A DNA stretch of 64,000 bases, from contig CBDFIQ010000001.1 of assembly GCA_965248195.1 (NCBI GenBank), forward strand, positions 928,001 to 992,000. Reading direction: 5' to 3'. Numbering within the stretch: position 1 is the stretch's first letter; each line of letters begins with the position of its first letter. Made by a program: the position numbers and the translations under genes. Positions 51,535 through 60,873 of the stretch are shown piece after piece. The notes beneath the pieces are model-generated. The model had not been told where the DNA came from. It searched no databases and was given only the letters and a program-made list of their open reading frames with translations. The stretch is from Longimicrobiales bacterium (lineage in GTDB: Bacteria > Gemmatimonadota > Gemmatimonadetes > Longimicrobiales > Gaopeijiaceae).

Positions 51535-51837
51535 AAGGGCCTTTGGGTCCGCCGGTTCATCTCTGGCGCCGTACCTGTCGCTATCGCAAGTCTGATCGCC
51601 TCCTCACGGCCACCTCCGAACGATGGGGGTGGGCGTCTCTTTTTAGGGCGACTTCACGATGGTGTGACCAGAGTCGAAAGCGCGTTCTCTCACGCCAGCA
51701 GGTCGCGGACGTTTTCGTAAACTCCCGGCGTGGGGGGTGCGGTCATGAGTGGGCCGAGCTCGGCCCAGATGCTTTGTATCTGGGTGGCGGCGGCTGGTGC
51801 CCCTCACTGATGCGATTCGCAATCGGCACCCGCTGCA

Positions 51838-52275
51838 CTAGCCAGCCGCAGCTTCCACAGACGGCTCAATGTGCCCAAGCTGGGTCATCATCGTGAGCTG
51901 GTCATAATAGATGTTGCCGGATACGATCTGGCCATTGTCGTCGAAACGCATGAGCTCGCAGAAAGGGACGTCGATCTCGCGACCGGTCTTGGGGAGAGGT
52001 CCGAAAGCGCCGTCGTTAACGCCTCGCGCCATGAACTGAGCGATCACGGTGTCGCCGGCGTCCAGGTAAATTGGGTCGGACACCGCGGCGTTGGAAAACG
52101 CACTTACCCAGCCTTGCATGAACTCTTTGAAGCCGTTGCGTCCTGTGAAGGTGACATTGCGAGCTTGATCACGATATGTGAAATCTTCGGCCATCTTGCT
52201 CACCACCCCATCGAAGTCACGCCTGTTGAAGGCCTGGTGCGCCGCACGGAAGGTCTCCACGTTCTGTGATGCCAT
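51838..52275 (-). CDS. SnoaL-like ester cyclase
   Basis: AGGAGG SD; AFNRRDFD, PKTGREI, YYDQLTMMTQLG. Confidence 0.88.
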   Translation of the reverse strand: MASQNVETFRAAHQAFNRRDFDGVVSKMAEDFTYRDQARNVTFTGRNGFKEFMQGWVSAFSNAAVSDPIYLDAGDTVIAQFMARGVNDGAFGPLPKTGREIDVPFCELMRFDDNGQIVSGNIYYDQLTMMTQLGHIEPSVEAAAG

Positions 52276-52388
52276 GATCCACCTCCTTTTAGTTCTGATC
52301 CTGTCCGATTAGAAATGCAGCCGAGCAGCCTGAGGTGCAAGCACAGAGCCGACAGCTGCTCGGTGAATCACCATGGGGTGGCCGTCCC

Positions 52389-53270
52389 TTACCTCTGACC
52401 TCGGAGTCGTTCCGGGGAGTCATTCCGCCTCGTCTTCACCACGAAGTCCCGATAGGCGTTCACGTCATCGACGCTCAGCAGATCCACGCCGGCGTCCAGG
52501 AGTTGACTCCACACTTCCTCGATGGGGCGGCGGTCGGGGGCAGGGATGTTCCAGAACCGAAGGCGGTAGCCGCTTCGGTGAGCCGTCTCGAGTCTCTGCG
52601 CCAGCCGCCGGGAGTCCCAGTCGGAGAGGCTTCCCAAACCGCGCCAGCTGAAATGGTCCTCCCAATTGTCGCTGATCATGAAAATAAAGTTTGCGGGAAC
52701 GCTAGCTGCCAAGTCCTCGATGTCCTCGAACCGGCCATCATAGCTCGCAATTCGCACGGCCTCGGCCATCATCGAGCTGCGCGGCCGATTCCCCGACACG
52801 ATCACGGAGATCGCTCTCGTCTGAACCTGGGTCTCGGAGTAGGTAGTGAGCATTTCCGAATACTGGGCGAGTACGCCACGCAGTGCCTCGTACGTCGACC
52901 TCCCCTCCGACTTGATGTCGATGAGGAGATCGAGTGAGTGTTCGCTCGGGTAGACCCAGCCGTTGTGCGCTCGCACATGATCTCTTAGCGGATCCAGGTA
53001 GAGCGACTGAAGCGTCTTGGTCGCGTCGAGATCTTCTTCGTCGTGACCGACGAGGAGCGCTCCCTCAACCAGATAAATATCGACTTCGATGCTGATGAAC
53101 CCGAGCGAAAGGGCGTCCCATAGCGGTGTTTGGCGCAGGAAGTCGTTGTGCGAATGGCCGGAGAGGATCGGCTCATTCGGGATCGCAATGTCGGTGCCCG
53201 GGTCACTTTGCGCACAGGCGCCCGCAGCGCCGCAAAAGAAGAGCGTCAGAAGGGGTAGGAGATGCTTCAT
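52389..53270 (-). CDS. PLC-like phosphodiesterase (GDPD/Aim6-like), secreted
   Basis: HSHNDF, SIEVDI, LLIDIK, ISDNW, GVDLLSVD. Confidence 0.75.
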   Translation of the reverse strand: MKHLLPLLTLFFCGAAGACAQSDPGTDIAIPNEPILSGHSHNDFLRQTPLWDALSLGFISIEVDIYLVEGALLVGHDEEDLDATKTLQSLYLDPLRDHVRAHNGWVYPSEHSLDLLIDIKSEGRSTYEALRGVLAQYSEMLTTYSETQVQTRAISVIVSGNRPRSSMMAEAVRIASYDGRFEDIEDLAASVPANFIFMISDNWEDHFSWRGLGSLSDWDSRRLAQRLETAHRSGYRLRFWNIPAPDRRPIEEVWSQLLDAGVDLLSVDDVNAYRDFVVKTRRNDSPERLRGQR

Positions 53271-53321
53271 GTCAGTCCCAGCGAGGATCCACTGGCTCCG
53301 ATTTAACGGACAAGATGCGTG

Positions 53322-53369
53322 GTAGCGGCCCTCGAGTGCACCGTTCAGGTGAGTGATGGAATCGGTCAT
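53322..53369 (-). pseudogene. Second Ser/Thr kinase N-terminal remnant (16 codons)
   Basis: MTDSITHLNGALEGRY, similar to 27175-27222. Confidence 0.6.
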
Positions 53370-53422
53370 GGATCAGGATCTTGATACGTAACATGAAGTC
53401 GGACTGATAGATACGGCCGCAC

Positions 53423-54487
53423 CTACCTCGCCTCCACAGGCCGCGCCACCATGACGCCGTCCTGGCCGCCGATCCGCTGGATCCGCTCGGCCAGCGGAAC
53501 CTCACTGATCTGCACCACGCCGCCCGCTAGCGGAGCGTGCAGCAGGTGCAAGCGGCCGTCCCTCCACAGCGCGATCCCCGTGTGGGCGATGTCCAATCCC
53601 GCCACGGTGCTGGTGGCGGCGATGATGTCGCCATCCTGGATGCGGTCCTCGACCGCAGCGATGCGGTCCTCGGGGATGTAGTACCGGGGCTCCGCGCTGA
53701 GACGGGCCTCGACCCCCCTCAGTTCCGTGAGGAACGCCGGGTCTTCGCCCAACTGGCGGTAGGCGTCCGGATGGGTCGTCATGAAGTCGATCGGCTCTGC
53801 GTCGGCGACGCCGCCCAACTCCTGTGACACGTCACGCACTAAACCCGTCGCATGGTTGTCGCTGATCCACTCGCTGAAGTAGTGCAACCGGCTCGGATAC
53901 TCATCGAGCTCCCCGGCGCGGTATCGGATGTCCTCCAGAATCTCGGAAAAGAAGGGCCGCTGGCGACTCGCGGCGCGGGCGCCCAGCAATCCGTCGGGGG
54001 CCGTCTGAACGAAGCGGGCCAGTGCCAGGACGTTCTCCACGAAGGTCACGCAGTCCAGCTCCTCCAGCTCGATCACGAGACCCTCCTCGCCGGGCGCCTC
54101 GAGGGTATGAGGAGCATAGGGAGTTCCGATGAACGTCTCCCCGATCCGGACGACCAGATCGCCGATGCTCAGCCCGGCATATCCCTGGTCGACCGCCCAG
54201 CGGGCCTTCTCCTGGACGATGGCCCAGTCGGCATCCGTGCCGGGCAGCGTGGTGGGGCCCGCAGGAGCACCGGCGGTTCCGGGGCCGGCGCTCGCGCCCA
54301 CTTCACTACCAGAAGATTGGGCGGCCCCATCGGATGGGGTGGCCCCGCTGGACGAGGCAGCCCCGCTGGATGGGGCAGCCCCGCTCGAAGGTCCGATGTC
54401 CGAGGAACCCCCGGAGTCTCCTCCGCATGCACCGAGAACACACACGCTCACACCCGCGAGCAAACAAGCGACTGTCTTGGCTCTCAT
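53423..54487 (-). CDS. DUF1460 (NlpC/P60-like amidase) lipoprotein
   Basis: LGAC lipobox, GTPY, LDCVTFVE, RLHYFSEW, HTG. Confidence 0.88.
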   Translation of the reverse strand: MRAKTVACLLAGVSVCVLGACGGDSGGSSDIGPSSGAAPSSGAASSSGATPSDGAAQSSGSEVGASAGPGTAGAPAGPTTLPGTDADWAIVQEKARWAVDQGYAGLSIGDLVVRIGETFIGTPYAPHTLEAPGEEGLVIELEELDCVTFVENVLALARFVQTAPDGLLGARAASRQRPFFSEILEDIRYRAGELDEYPSRLHYFSEWISDNHATGLVRDVSQELGGVADAEPIDFMTTHPDAYRQLGEDPAFLTELRGVEARLSAEPRYYIPEDRIAAVEDRIQDGDIIAATSTVAGLDIAHTGIALWRDGRLHLLHAPLAGGVVQISEVPLAERIQRIGGQDGVMVARPVEAR

Positions 54488-54926
54488 CAACAAGCGACAA
54501 CCTCCATCAACATCCTAACCTTCGTCAGCCGGGCCTCGTTCCCGCCCTCCCGCATCATAAATCGAATCGATTGCCGCGGGAATGGACGCACGGTCTCGTT
54601 AGGCAATCGGTCTCCTCTCTGATTTGAGCGCCTCCGTTGAGAAGTCACTCCGTGGATTTCGCGTCAAGTGGTATAACTTATGGTCGGACTACCACTTACG
54701 AGTACAGGGCGACCGGCACTCCGGATACCCTCGGACTTGGGCGCCGCCGCGGATACACGCTTGCCGCACCCTTCAATCCCCCGGGGTAGTCATGGCGGTT
54801 CCAAAGGACCCCTATTATTTTGGATCCTTGGATTTGGGACGCTTATCTTTTGGGATCCTTCTATCTTAGGACCCGCGAGACGGCGGGCCCGCGAACGTAG
54901 CGAGAATTCTACCACCACAGGAGTAC

Positions 54927-55367
54927 ATGATGCCATATCCAGAGGAGCTGATCGCCCCGATGAGACACGAGCTGGTGCAACTGGGCTTCAAGGAGCTCAC
55001 AACCCCCGACGAGGTAGACAAGGTCTTGGGGACGGAGCGCCGCACGACGGTCGTGGCCATCAACTCGGTCTGCGGTTGTTCGGCCGGAGGCATGCGGCCT
55101 GGGGTAGCGGCTTCGTTGGGCAACGAAACCAAGCCCGACGTTCTCGTATCCGTCTTCGCTGGACAGGATCTCGACGCGACCGAAAGGGCGCGGGAGTATT
55201 TCACGGGGTACCCGCCGTCGTCACCCGCTGTGGCGTTGATGAAGGACGGCGAGCTGGTCTTCATGCTGGAGCGCCACGAAATTGAAGGGCGCCACCCGCT
55301 CGAGATCGCCGATACCTTGAAGGCGGCATACGACGAGCACTGCGCTGTGAGCCAAGAGGTGCCGTAA
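54927..55367 (+). CDS. BrxA/BrxB family bacilliredoxin
   Basis: NSVCGC, VFAGQD, PPSSP, RHEIEG. Confidence 0.92.
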   Translation: MMPYPEELIAPMRHELVQLGFKELTTPDEVDKVLGTERRTTVVAINSVCGCSAGGMRPGVAASLGNETKPDVLVSVFAGQDLDATERAREYFTGYPPSSPAVALMKDGELVFMLERHEIEGRHPLEIADTLKAAYDEHCAVSQEVP

Positions 55368-55433
55368 CCAGCCAAGAGGTGCCGTAGCTTCCTGCTGTGT
55401 GATTCGTTGGGTTCAGCTGCCCGCGTGGGTGGT

Positions 55434-56129
55434 TCAGGCCTCCGGCCCCGCCTGGAGTCTCGGCTGAACGCCCTTCCGCTCCAAACGACGGCGTTTCTTG
55501 GCCTGCCTGGGGGTTTCTCCTGGCAGCCGAACTTCGACGTTCACACCGGCCAGGATGGCAAGTCCCCGGACTCGTAGGGTCGGGAGATCCGGATTACTCC
55601 GGAGCGGCTCGTCCGTCTCATGGTCGAAGCCGCCACACAGGGCCATACCGTCTACCTCCACCGTCATCTCGGGCGGGACGATGATCTCGACCCCACTCAG
55701 AATCCCCAGGACGCTCAAGTCCGTTACGCCCGGTCCGAGTAACGCCCCCCGAAAGTCGAGCGAAAGGCCACCCAAGACACCGAGTGCGAAGGTCTTTCGG
55801 GCCGGGATCCACCGGCCGGCGCGGTTGGCACCGCCGAGGACGCCGATCATGAACCCGTGTTCCCTGACACGATCGGCATCTACGACAACGGGGCCTCCAC
55901 CCCGGGCTGGGATGACATCGGTCGCGGGCTTCGAGGACTCCAGAGGCGGCAGCTTAGAGAGAAGCTCGCGGAGTTCGCTTGCCGTCGAGCATCTATTTAC
56001 CGCGTCCAAGAGCCCCTCGAACTCCTCCAGATCCATGACGTCGTTGGAGAAGTGCTCCATGAGCACTTCGACCGCCCGCTCCCGGATCAGCTCGATATTG
56101 GGCGACGGAACCGGATAGTCCTTACTCAT
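55434..56129 (-). CDS. DUF1707/LiaF-like domain protein
   Basis: RERAVEVL N-terminal motif; LDFR, GVEIIVPP beta-rich domain. Confidence 0.7.
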   Translation of the reverse strand: MSKDYPVPSPNIELIRERAVEVLMEHFSNDVMDLEEFEGLLDAVNRCSTASELRELLSKLPPLESSKPATDVIPARGGGPVVVDADRVREHGFMIGVLGGANRAGRWIPARKTFALGVLGGLSLDFRGALLGPGVTDLSVLGILSGVEIIVPPEMTVEVDGMALCGGFDHETDEPLRSNPDLPTLRVRGLAILAGVNVEVRLPGETPRQAKKRRRLERKGVQPRLQAGPEA

Positions 56130-57370
56130 CCCGCCTCCGCAAACACGTCGGTGGCCATCTCGTCCGAATCCCCTTGGAGGAATTTCCGTGAAAAACGCTC
56201 GAGAACGGCGGCGCACGTCAGGATCTCTGAAGGATCGATCCATTCGTCGGCCGAGTGCGCCTGAGCGATCGAGCCCGGACCGAAACACACCGCAGGCGTA
56301 CCCGCTTCGTTCAAGAGAGCCGCATCCACCCAGGCGGTCATGCCCGTCACCCTCGGATCGACCCCCTCCCCGGCACACGCGGCGAGCAGCCCCTCCACCA
56401 GAGGGGAATCATTCGGTACCTCCGTGGCCGGACGAGCCAGCCCCTGAGTTAGTTTCGCGTCGAGCTCCGGCACGTAGGCCGCAAGCCCGTCCAGCACGGC
56501 TTGGAACTCTTCGATAATGCCGGCTGGATTTTCTCCCGGCAACGTGCGCCGCTCCAGCACCAGCCGGCACGCGTCCGGATAAACGGACGGCGCCGAGCCG
56601 CCGTCGATCGTACCGGCGTGAAACGATCCGCGACCCAGAAGCGGATGAGGCTCTCGGGCTCGCAGCCGGGTCCGCAACGCGCCCAAGGCGGTGAGGTAGA
56701 GACCCGCATGCTCGATGGCGTCCACGCCGGCTTCGGGCAGCGAACCGTGAGCGGCTCGCCCCCGGAAGTCCGCCTCGACCCACACGAACCCCTTGTGGGC
56801 GGGCATGACCGCCAAGCCCGTGGGCTCACACACGACCGCAGCGTCGGCCTTCATCCCAGAGCCGACCAGGGCCTCCATTCCCAGGCTGGCGTGCTCCTCA
56901 TCCGCCGTGAGGGCCACGATCAATTCCCCCGAAGGGCTTTCCCGAGCAACTCTGGCGGTGGCGGCGAGCAAAGCCGCCACGCCTCCTTTCATGTCGCACG
57001 ATCCCCTTCCCCGGAGGCGCCCCTCCCTCAGCTCGGCTCCAAAGGGATCGACGCTCATTCCTGCCACTCCTACGGTGTCGAGATGGCCGTTCAGGAGGAG
57101 CGTCGGGCCGGTTCCTTTGCCCCCTAGGCGACCCACGACGTTCCAGCGGCCAGGTGCTACCTCGAACATTTCCACCGAGAGACCCCATGCCCGTAGCCAC
57201 CCGGCGGTCAACTCCGCGACGGCGGCCTCTCCTGCGCCGGATTCTTCGAGCTCCGGGTTCACAGAAGGCGTGGCGACCAAGGCACGAGCGAGGGCCAAGG
57301 GCTCACCCGCCTGGGCATCCTCGAGAATCCGGCCCTTTTCCTTGAGAATCCGGCCCTTTTCCTGTGCCAT
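56126..57370 (-). CDS. M20 family deacylase (ArgE/DapE-like)
   Basis: NGHLDTV, GRGSCDMKGG, DEE, AHSADE. Confidence 0.92.
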   Translation of the reverse strand: MAQEKGRILKEKGRILEDAQAGEPLALARALVATPSVNPELEESGAGEAAVAELTAGWLRAWGLSVEMFEVAPGRWNVVGRLGGKGTGPTLLLNGHLDTVGVAGMSVDPFGAELREGRLRGRGSCDMKGGVAALLAATARVARESPSGELIVALTADEEHASLGMEALVGSGMKADAAVVCEPTGLAVMPAHKGFVWVEADFRGRAAHGSLPEAGVDAIEHAGLYLTALGALRTRLRAREPHPLLGRGSFHAGTIDGGSAPSVYPDACRLVLERRTLPGENPAGIIEEFQAVLDGLAAYVPELDAKLTQGLARPATEVPNDSPLVEGLLAACAGEGVDPRVTGMTAWVDAALLNEAGTPAVCFGPGSIAQAHSADEWIDPSEILTCAAVLERFSRKFLQGDSDEMATDVFAEAG

Positions 57371-57617
57371 GCTCACCCCCGACGCCTCGTGCACCACCAG
57401 AGGGCATGGTGGAGGTCGAGGCCCGTCGAGACAACCCCAAACGGATGGCGGCAAGGCGACCCTGAGCGGAAAGCGTCGAGAGACCAATAATGCCGCCCCA
57501 CTTGCGGAATCGACACCAATGTGGCCACTTCCTGTAGGTAAACATCTGGCGCCGGGACCTTCTGCGCATGGTAGCTGGTATAACGCAACGACGCAGAACC
57601 CGAACAAGGAGGCGACG

Positions 57618-57779
57618 ATCAACAAACTTACGTTAGGATTAGCGGGCGCCGTGGCTGTCGTAGCGAGCCTACTCTTGATGCGGCAGCAGAAGCAGGCTCA
57701 GCCGAAGGAAACCGTAGCCGAGGCGGAAAGCGCTACGGGGTCGATCACGCTGGACCGGATGAGGGAGCTAGGCCTCTAG
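57618..57779 (+). CDS. Small single-TM protein with apparent ATC start
   Basis: AAGGAGG-N5-ATC AAC AAA..., hydrophobic N-terminus, 53 aa. Confidence 0.5.
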   Translation: MNKLTLGLAGAVAVVASLLLMRQQKQAQPKETVAEAESATGSITLDRMRELGL

Positions 57780-57849
57780 CACCAGCGGCCAACGCTGGTA
57801 TCCGACGGGCAACTTGGGCGCACCCATCCAAGGGACCGGTGCGGCCTCC

Positions 57850-58086
57850 TCAGTCGTCGAAGTGGTCGGCGTTCTTCTCGATGTAGCTCGTCCACTCGGG
57901 AGGCACCTCCGTATCCGGGAAAATCGCCGTGACGGGACACTCCGGCTCGCATGCGCCGCAATCGATGCACTCTACCGGATGGATGTAGAACATGTCCTCC
58001 CCTTCGTAGATGCAGTCGACCGGGCATACCTCGACGCAGCTCGCGTCTTTGGTGTCGATGCAGGGCTCGGCAATGATATAGGTCAT
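57850..58086 (-). CDS. Dicluster (7Fe/8Fe-type) ferredoxin
   Basis: [22 protein letters not shown]. Confidence 0.95.
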   Translation of the reverse strand: MTYIIAEPCIDTKDASCVEVCPVDCIYEGEDMFYIHPVECIDCGACEPECPVTAIFPDTEVPPEWTSYIEKNADHFDD

Positions 58087-58180
58087 GGGCTGATTCGGGT
58101 GGTAGCGTGGCGGATCCGGAAATCAATGGACAGGCCACCATTAATGCAGAAAAAAGTGAGGCCGTCAAGTATCCCCAGCA

Positions 58181-58765
58181 TTATTCCCGCGCCTTCCCGA
58201 GGTACCTCTCCCTGAAAGCGCGGCACCAGCTAGCGTAACGTGCCGCCATTCGGGCATGCGTGCGCTCGGCCATCTTCAGGTAGACTTCGTACGCCTCCTC
58301 GTGTGCCGCTCGGGCTTCGGACATGACTCCCCAAAGATGTGCGTGGCGAATCTGGTCGAGCCGCTCCGCCAGGGCCACCAGGGCGACCTCGGGCTCACTG
58401 GCAAGCAGATCCTCGAGAAGCGTGGCGGACCCGGAGCGAGGCACCGCACTTCGGAAGACGGTCACGGCGGGACTCACGTGCTCGGTGACCTCGCGATCGG
58501 GCGGCTCCAAATCGACCCGGCGCGTATCCAGAAGACAGGCGGCCGCAAGCGCAACGGGATCGGCTAAACCGACATCATCCAGCAGGACCACCGCGGTACG
58601 GCCCGGGTGCAAGTAGTCGGGATCGTGGTCGTCGTCGATGGCGGCCAAGCGCGGCGACATCGCCGCCTCGATCGCCTTGCCGATGAGATCCCTGCCCGGG
58701 CGGTCCACCCCCACCCCCGCCGCGGTCCGGTCGACGCGCTCCGCCATCTGGTCCCACCGGCTCAC
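58181..58765 (-). CDS. Degenerate HD-domain-like hypothetical protein
   Basis: YLHPGRT, AAACLLD, LAERLDQIRH resemble the RelA/SpoT HD fold. Confidence 0.55.
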   Translation of the reverse strand: MSRWDQMAERVDRTAAGVGVDRPGRDLIGKAIEAAMSPRLAAIDDDHDPDYLHPGRTAVVLLDDVGLADPVALAAACLLDTRRVDLEPPDREVTEHVSPAVTVFRSAVPRSGSATLLEDLLASEPEVALVALAERLDQIRHAHLWGVMSEARAAHEEAYEVYLKMAERTHARMAARYASWCRAFRERYLGKARE

Positions 58766-58766
58766 T

Positions 58767-59405
58767 TCACTCCTGACTCCAGGGCACGTCCGCATGCCCC
58801 GCCCTGTGGTTTTCGAGACGAGCCCACACAAACAATAGATCGGAGAGTCGGTTGAGGTAGGGGACAATCCCAGGATCCAAAGGCTCCTTTCGCCCCAGGG
58901 CCACCACGGCGCGTTCCGCCCGCCGGCACACGGACCGGCATACGTGGAGCATTGCCGCTGCCTCGGTACCACCGGGCAGTACGAACTGACGCAACTCGGG
59001 GAGCTCCTCGGTGGCCTGGTCGATCCACTCCTCCATCGCCGCGACTCTGGCCACGGGAACGTCGGGCGTCTTGGGTCGCGGCCGCGAATCGTCGCTCCCC
59101 GGGGTCGCGAGGTTGGCGCCGAGAGCGAAGAGATCGTTCTGAATGAGGAGGAGTCCGCGCCGGACTCCCGCATCGACATCGGCGTCGGCAGCGGCGTCGG
59201 TGTCGGTGTCGGGGTCGGGGTCGGCCTCGGTGTCGCCGTCGGCGTGGGCATCGGTGTCGGTGATCGACGTGAGAGCGAGACCGACAAACGAATTCAGTTC
59301 GTCTACGGCTCCGTACGCTTCGACCCGCCGATCGTTCTTCGGCACCCGTCCACCCCCGAAGAGCGCGGTGTCGCCGTCATCCCCCGTCTTCGTGTAGATG
59401 GTCAT
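58767..59405 (-). CDS. Cob(I)alamin adenosyltransferase (PduO type) with acidic insertion
   Basis: IYTKTGDDG, YGAVDELNS, RRAER, YLNRLSD. Confidence 0.93.
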   Translation of the reverse strand: MTIYTKTGDDGDTALFGGGRVPKNDRRVEAYGAVDELNSFVGLALTSITDTDAHADGDTEADPDPDTDTDAAADADVDAGVRRGLLLIQNDLFALGANLATPGSDDSRPRPKTPDVPVARVAAMEEWIDQATEELPELRQFVLPGGTEAAAMLHVCRSVCRRAERAVVALGRKEPLDPGIVPYLNRLSDLLFVWARLENHRAGHADVPWSQE

Positions 59406-59409
59406 CGGA

Positions 59410-59655
59410 TCACCGCAGCCGAGTCAAATTCCGGAGTTGCTGGGCTTTCTCCAGGAGGGACGACGTGGATTTCTCATCCTCGGGTGAGCCGCTCATGACA
59501 TCCCGCAGGTCGAGTATGACCTCCAGGTAGAGCTGATCGCGCTGGAACTCGAAGTCCAGGTGCTCCCGCCCGGCGCCTTCGCTCCCGGCACCCCGGTCCA
59601 ACTCATCACGATAGAGCTTCTCCAGGTTGTCGAGGATCCGCTGCCGATCTCTCAT
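59410..59655 (-). CDS. Hypothetical protein
   Basis: Operonic ORF overlapping the upstream gene by 4 nt. Confidence 0.65.
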   Translation of the reverse strand: MRDRQRILDNLEKLYRDELDRGAGSEGAGREHLDFEFQRDQLYLEVILDLRDVMSGSPEDEKSTSSLLEKAQQLRNLTRLR

Positions 59656-60293
59656 TCGATGCTCCCTCCTACGACATCGCTCCCTGGGCCGCTTCGGAAG
59701 TATTCGCTCACCACGGCCTTCATCTCGTCGATGCGTCCGTTGAAGTAATGGTCCGCTCCAGCGATTCTGGCCAGCGTCACGTGGGAGCCCAAGGCCGCCA
59801 CGACCGGCTCCACTTCCGAACCCGAGCCGAGCTCGTCCTCGTCACCCTGAACCACAAGGATAGGCTTCCGTACATCCGCAAGAAATCCGTAGTCGTACAT
59901 GCGGACGGGAAGCGCGAGGCCGAAGAGCGCGACGACCCGGGGATCGTCCGCTCCCGCTGAGAGCGCGACCATCGAGCCGAACGAAAAGCCTCCCACAACG
60001 AGCGGCAGGCCGGGGTGCCTTACTTCGAGCCAACCCAGTGAGGCCATCACGTCGTCTTTCTCGCCGACTCCCTGGTCATAGCTGCCGGTGCTGGTTCCCA
60101 CACCACGGAAGTTGAAACGCAGGGCGGCGATCTTCACATCCGCGAGAGCCTGCGCGGCCCGGAACACCGCCTTCGTATGCATGGTGCCACCCTGAAGGGG
60201 GTGGGGGTGACAGACGATGCCGGCACCCCTGAGCGTGCCCGGGGGCTCCCGGTGAGCCGCCTCCAATTGCCCATGGGGCGCGGGAATGTTCAA
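59652..60293 (-). CDS. Alpha/beta hydrolase
   Basis: HPHPLQGGTM, RFNFRGVG, GFSFG, GADHYF. Confidence 0.9.
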   Translation of the reverse strand: MNIPAPHGQLEAAHREPPGTLRGAGIVCHPHPLQGGTMHTKAVFRAAQALADVKIAALRFNFRGVGTSTGSYDQGVGEKDDVMASLGWLEVRHPGLPLVVGGFSFGSMVALSAGADDPRVVALFGLALPVRMYDYGFLADVRKPILVVQGDEDELGSGSEVEPVVAALGSHVTLARIAGADHYFNGRIDEMKAVVSEYFRSGPGSDVVGGSIE

Positions 60294-60360
60294 GTGTGTC
60301 TCCTACGGCTAACTTGGCCCCGAAGGCCCGACTGGATTTCGAAGGACACCCCATCATCCG

Positions 60361-60852
60361 ATGCCAACCAAAAAAAGCGACGACCAGAAGCTCGCGGATC
60401 AAGCCAACGAATTGTACTGGCGGTCCGGGCAGAGCGTGAATCAAATCGCCGAGGCGATGGACCTCTCCAAGAGTGGCTTGTACGCGTTGATCCGCCCCTT
60501 GCCCGCCGAGCGTACCTGTCCCGAATGCGGTGAGGGGCTGGTCTTTCCAAACCGGACCACGAAGCACAAGACGATCGCGTCCTGCCCGGAGTGTGAATAC
60601 GTGAGTGAGGGGCCAGCGCCGGACTCCGAGATGCCCCCGGCCAAGCGGCGAGCCCAACGTAAGAAGATCCCTTCCGCCAAACCCGACGCCCAACCCGACG
60701 GCGAGCCCGGAACCGACCTCGAACGCCAACGCAGCCCGAGCGGCGCACTCGAGACAAGCGGCGGCCGCCGCCTGAAATCGAGTCGTGTCCTTTGGGCGTC
60801 GGTGCTCCTAGGCATGGCCGTCGGGCTGTATTTGACCCGCCGCTCTCGCTGA
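60361..60852 (+). CDS. Hypothetical protein: HTH + zinc ribbon + C-terminal TM
   Basis: SVNQIAEAMDLSKSGLY, CPEC..CPEC, hydrophobic tail. Confidence 0.7.
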   Translation: MPTKKSDDQKLADQANELYWRSGQSVNQIAEAMDLSKSGLYALIRPLPAERTCPECGEGLVFPNRTTKHKTIASCPECEYVSEGPAPDSEMPPAKRRAQRKKIPSAKPDAQPDGEPGTDLERQRSPSGALETSGGRRLKSSRVLWASVLLGMAVGLYLTRRSR

Positions 60853-60873
60853 TCACGCGGGCTCCCGACCGGC

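Noticed and set aside
52321..53320. Phosphodiesterase as an integron cassette (GTTAAAT upstream, CCGAGCAGC...GCTGCTCGG hairpin downstream)
   Set aside because: The hairpin lacks RYYYAAC/GTTRRRY boundaries; a lone 7-mer match is uninformative.
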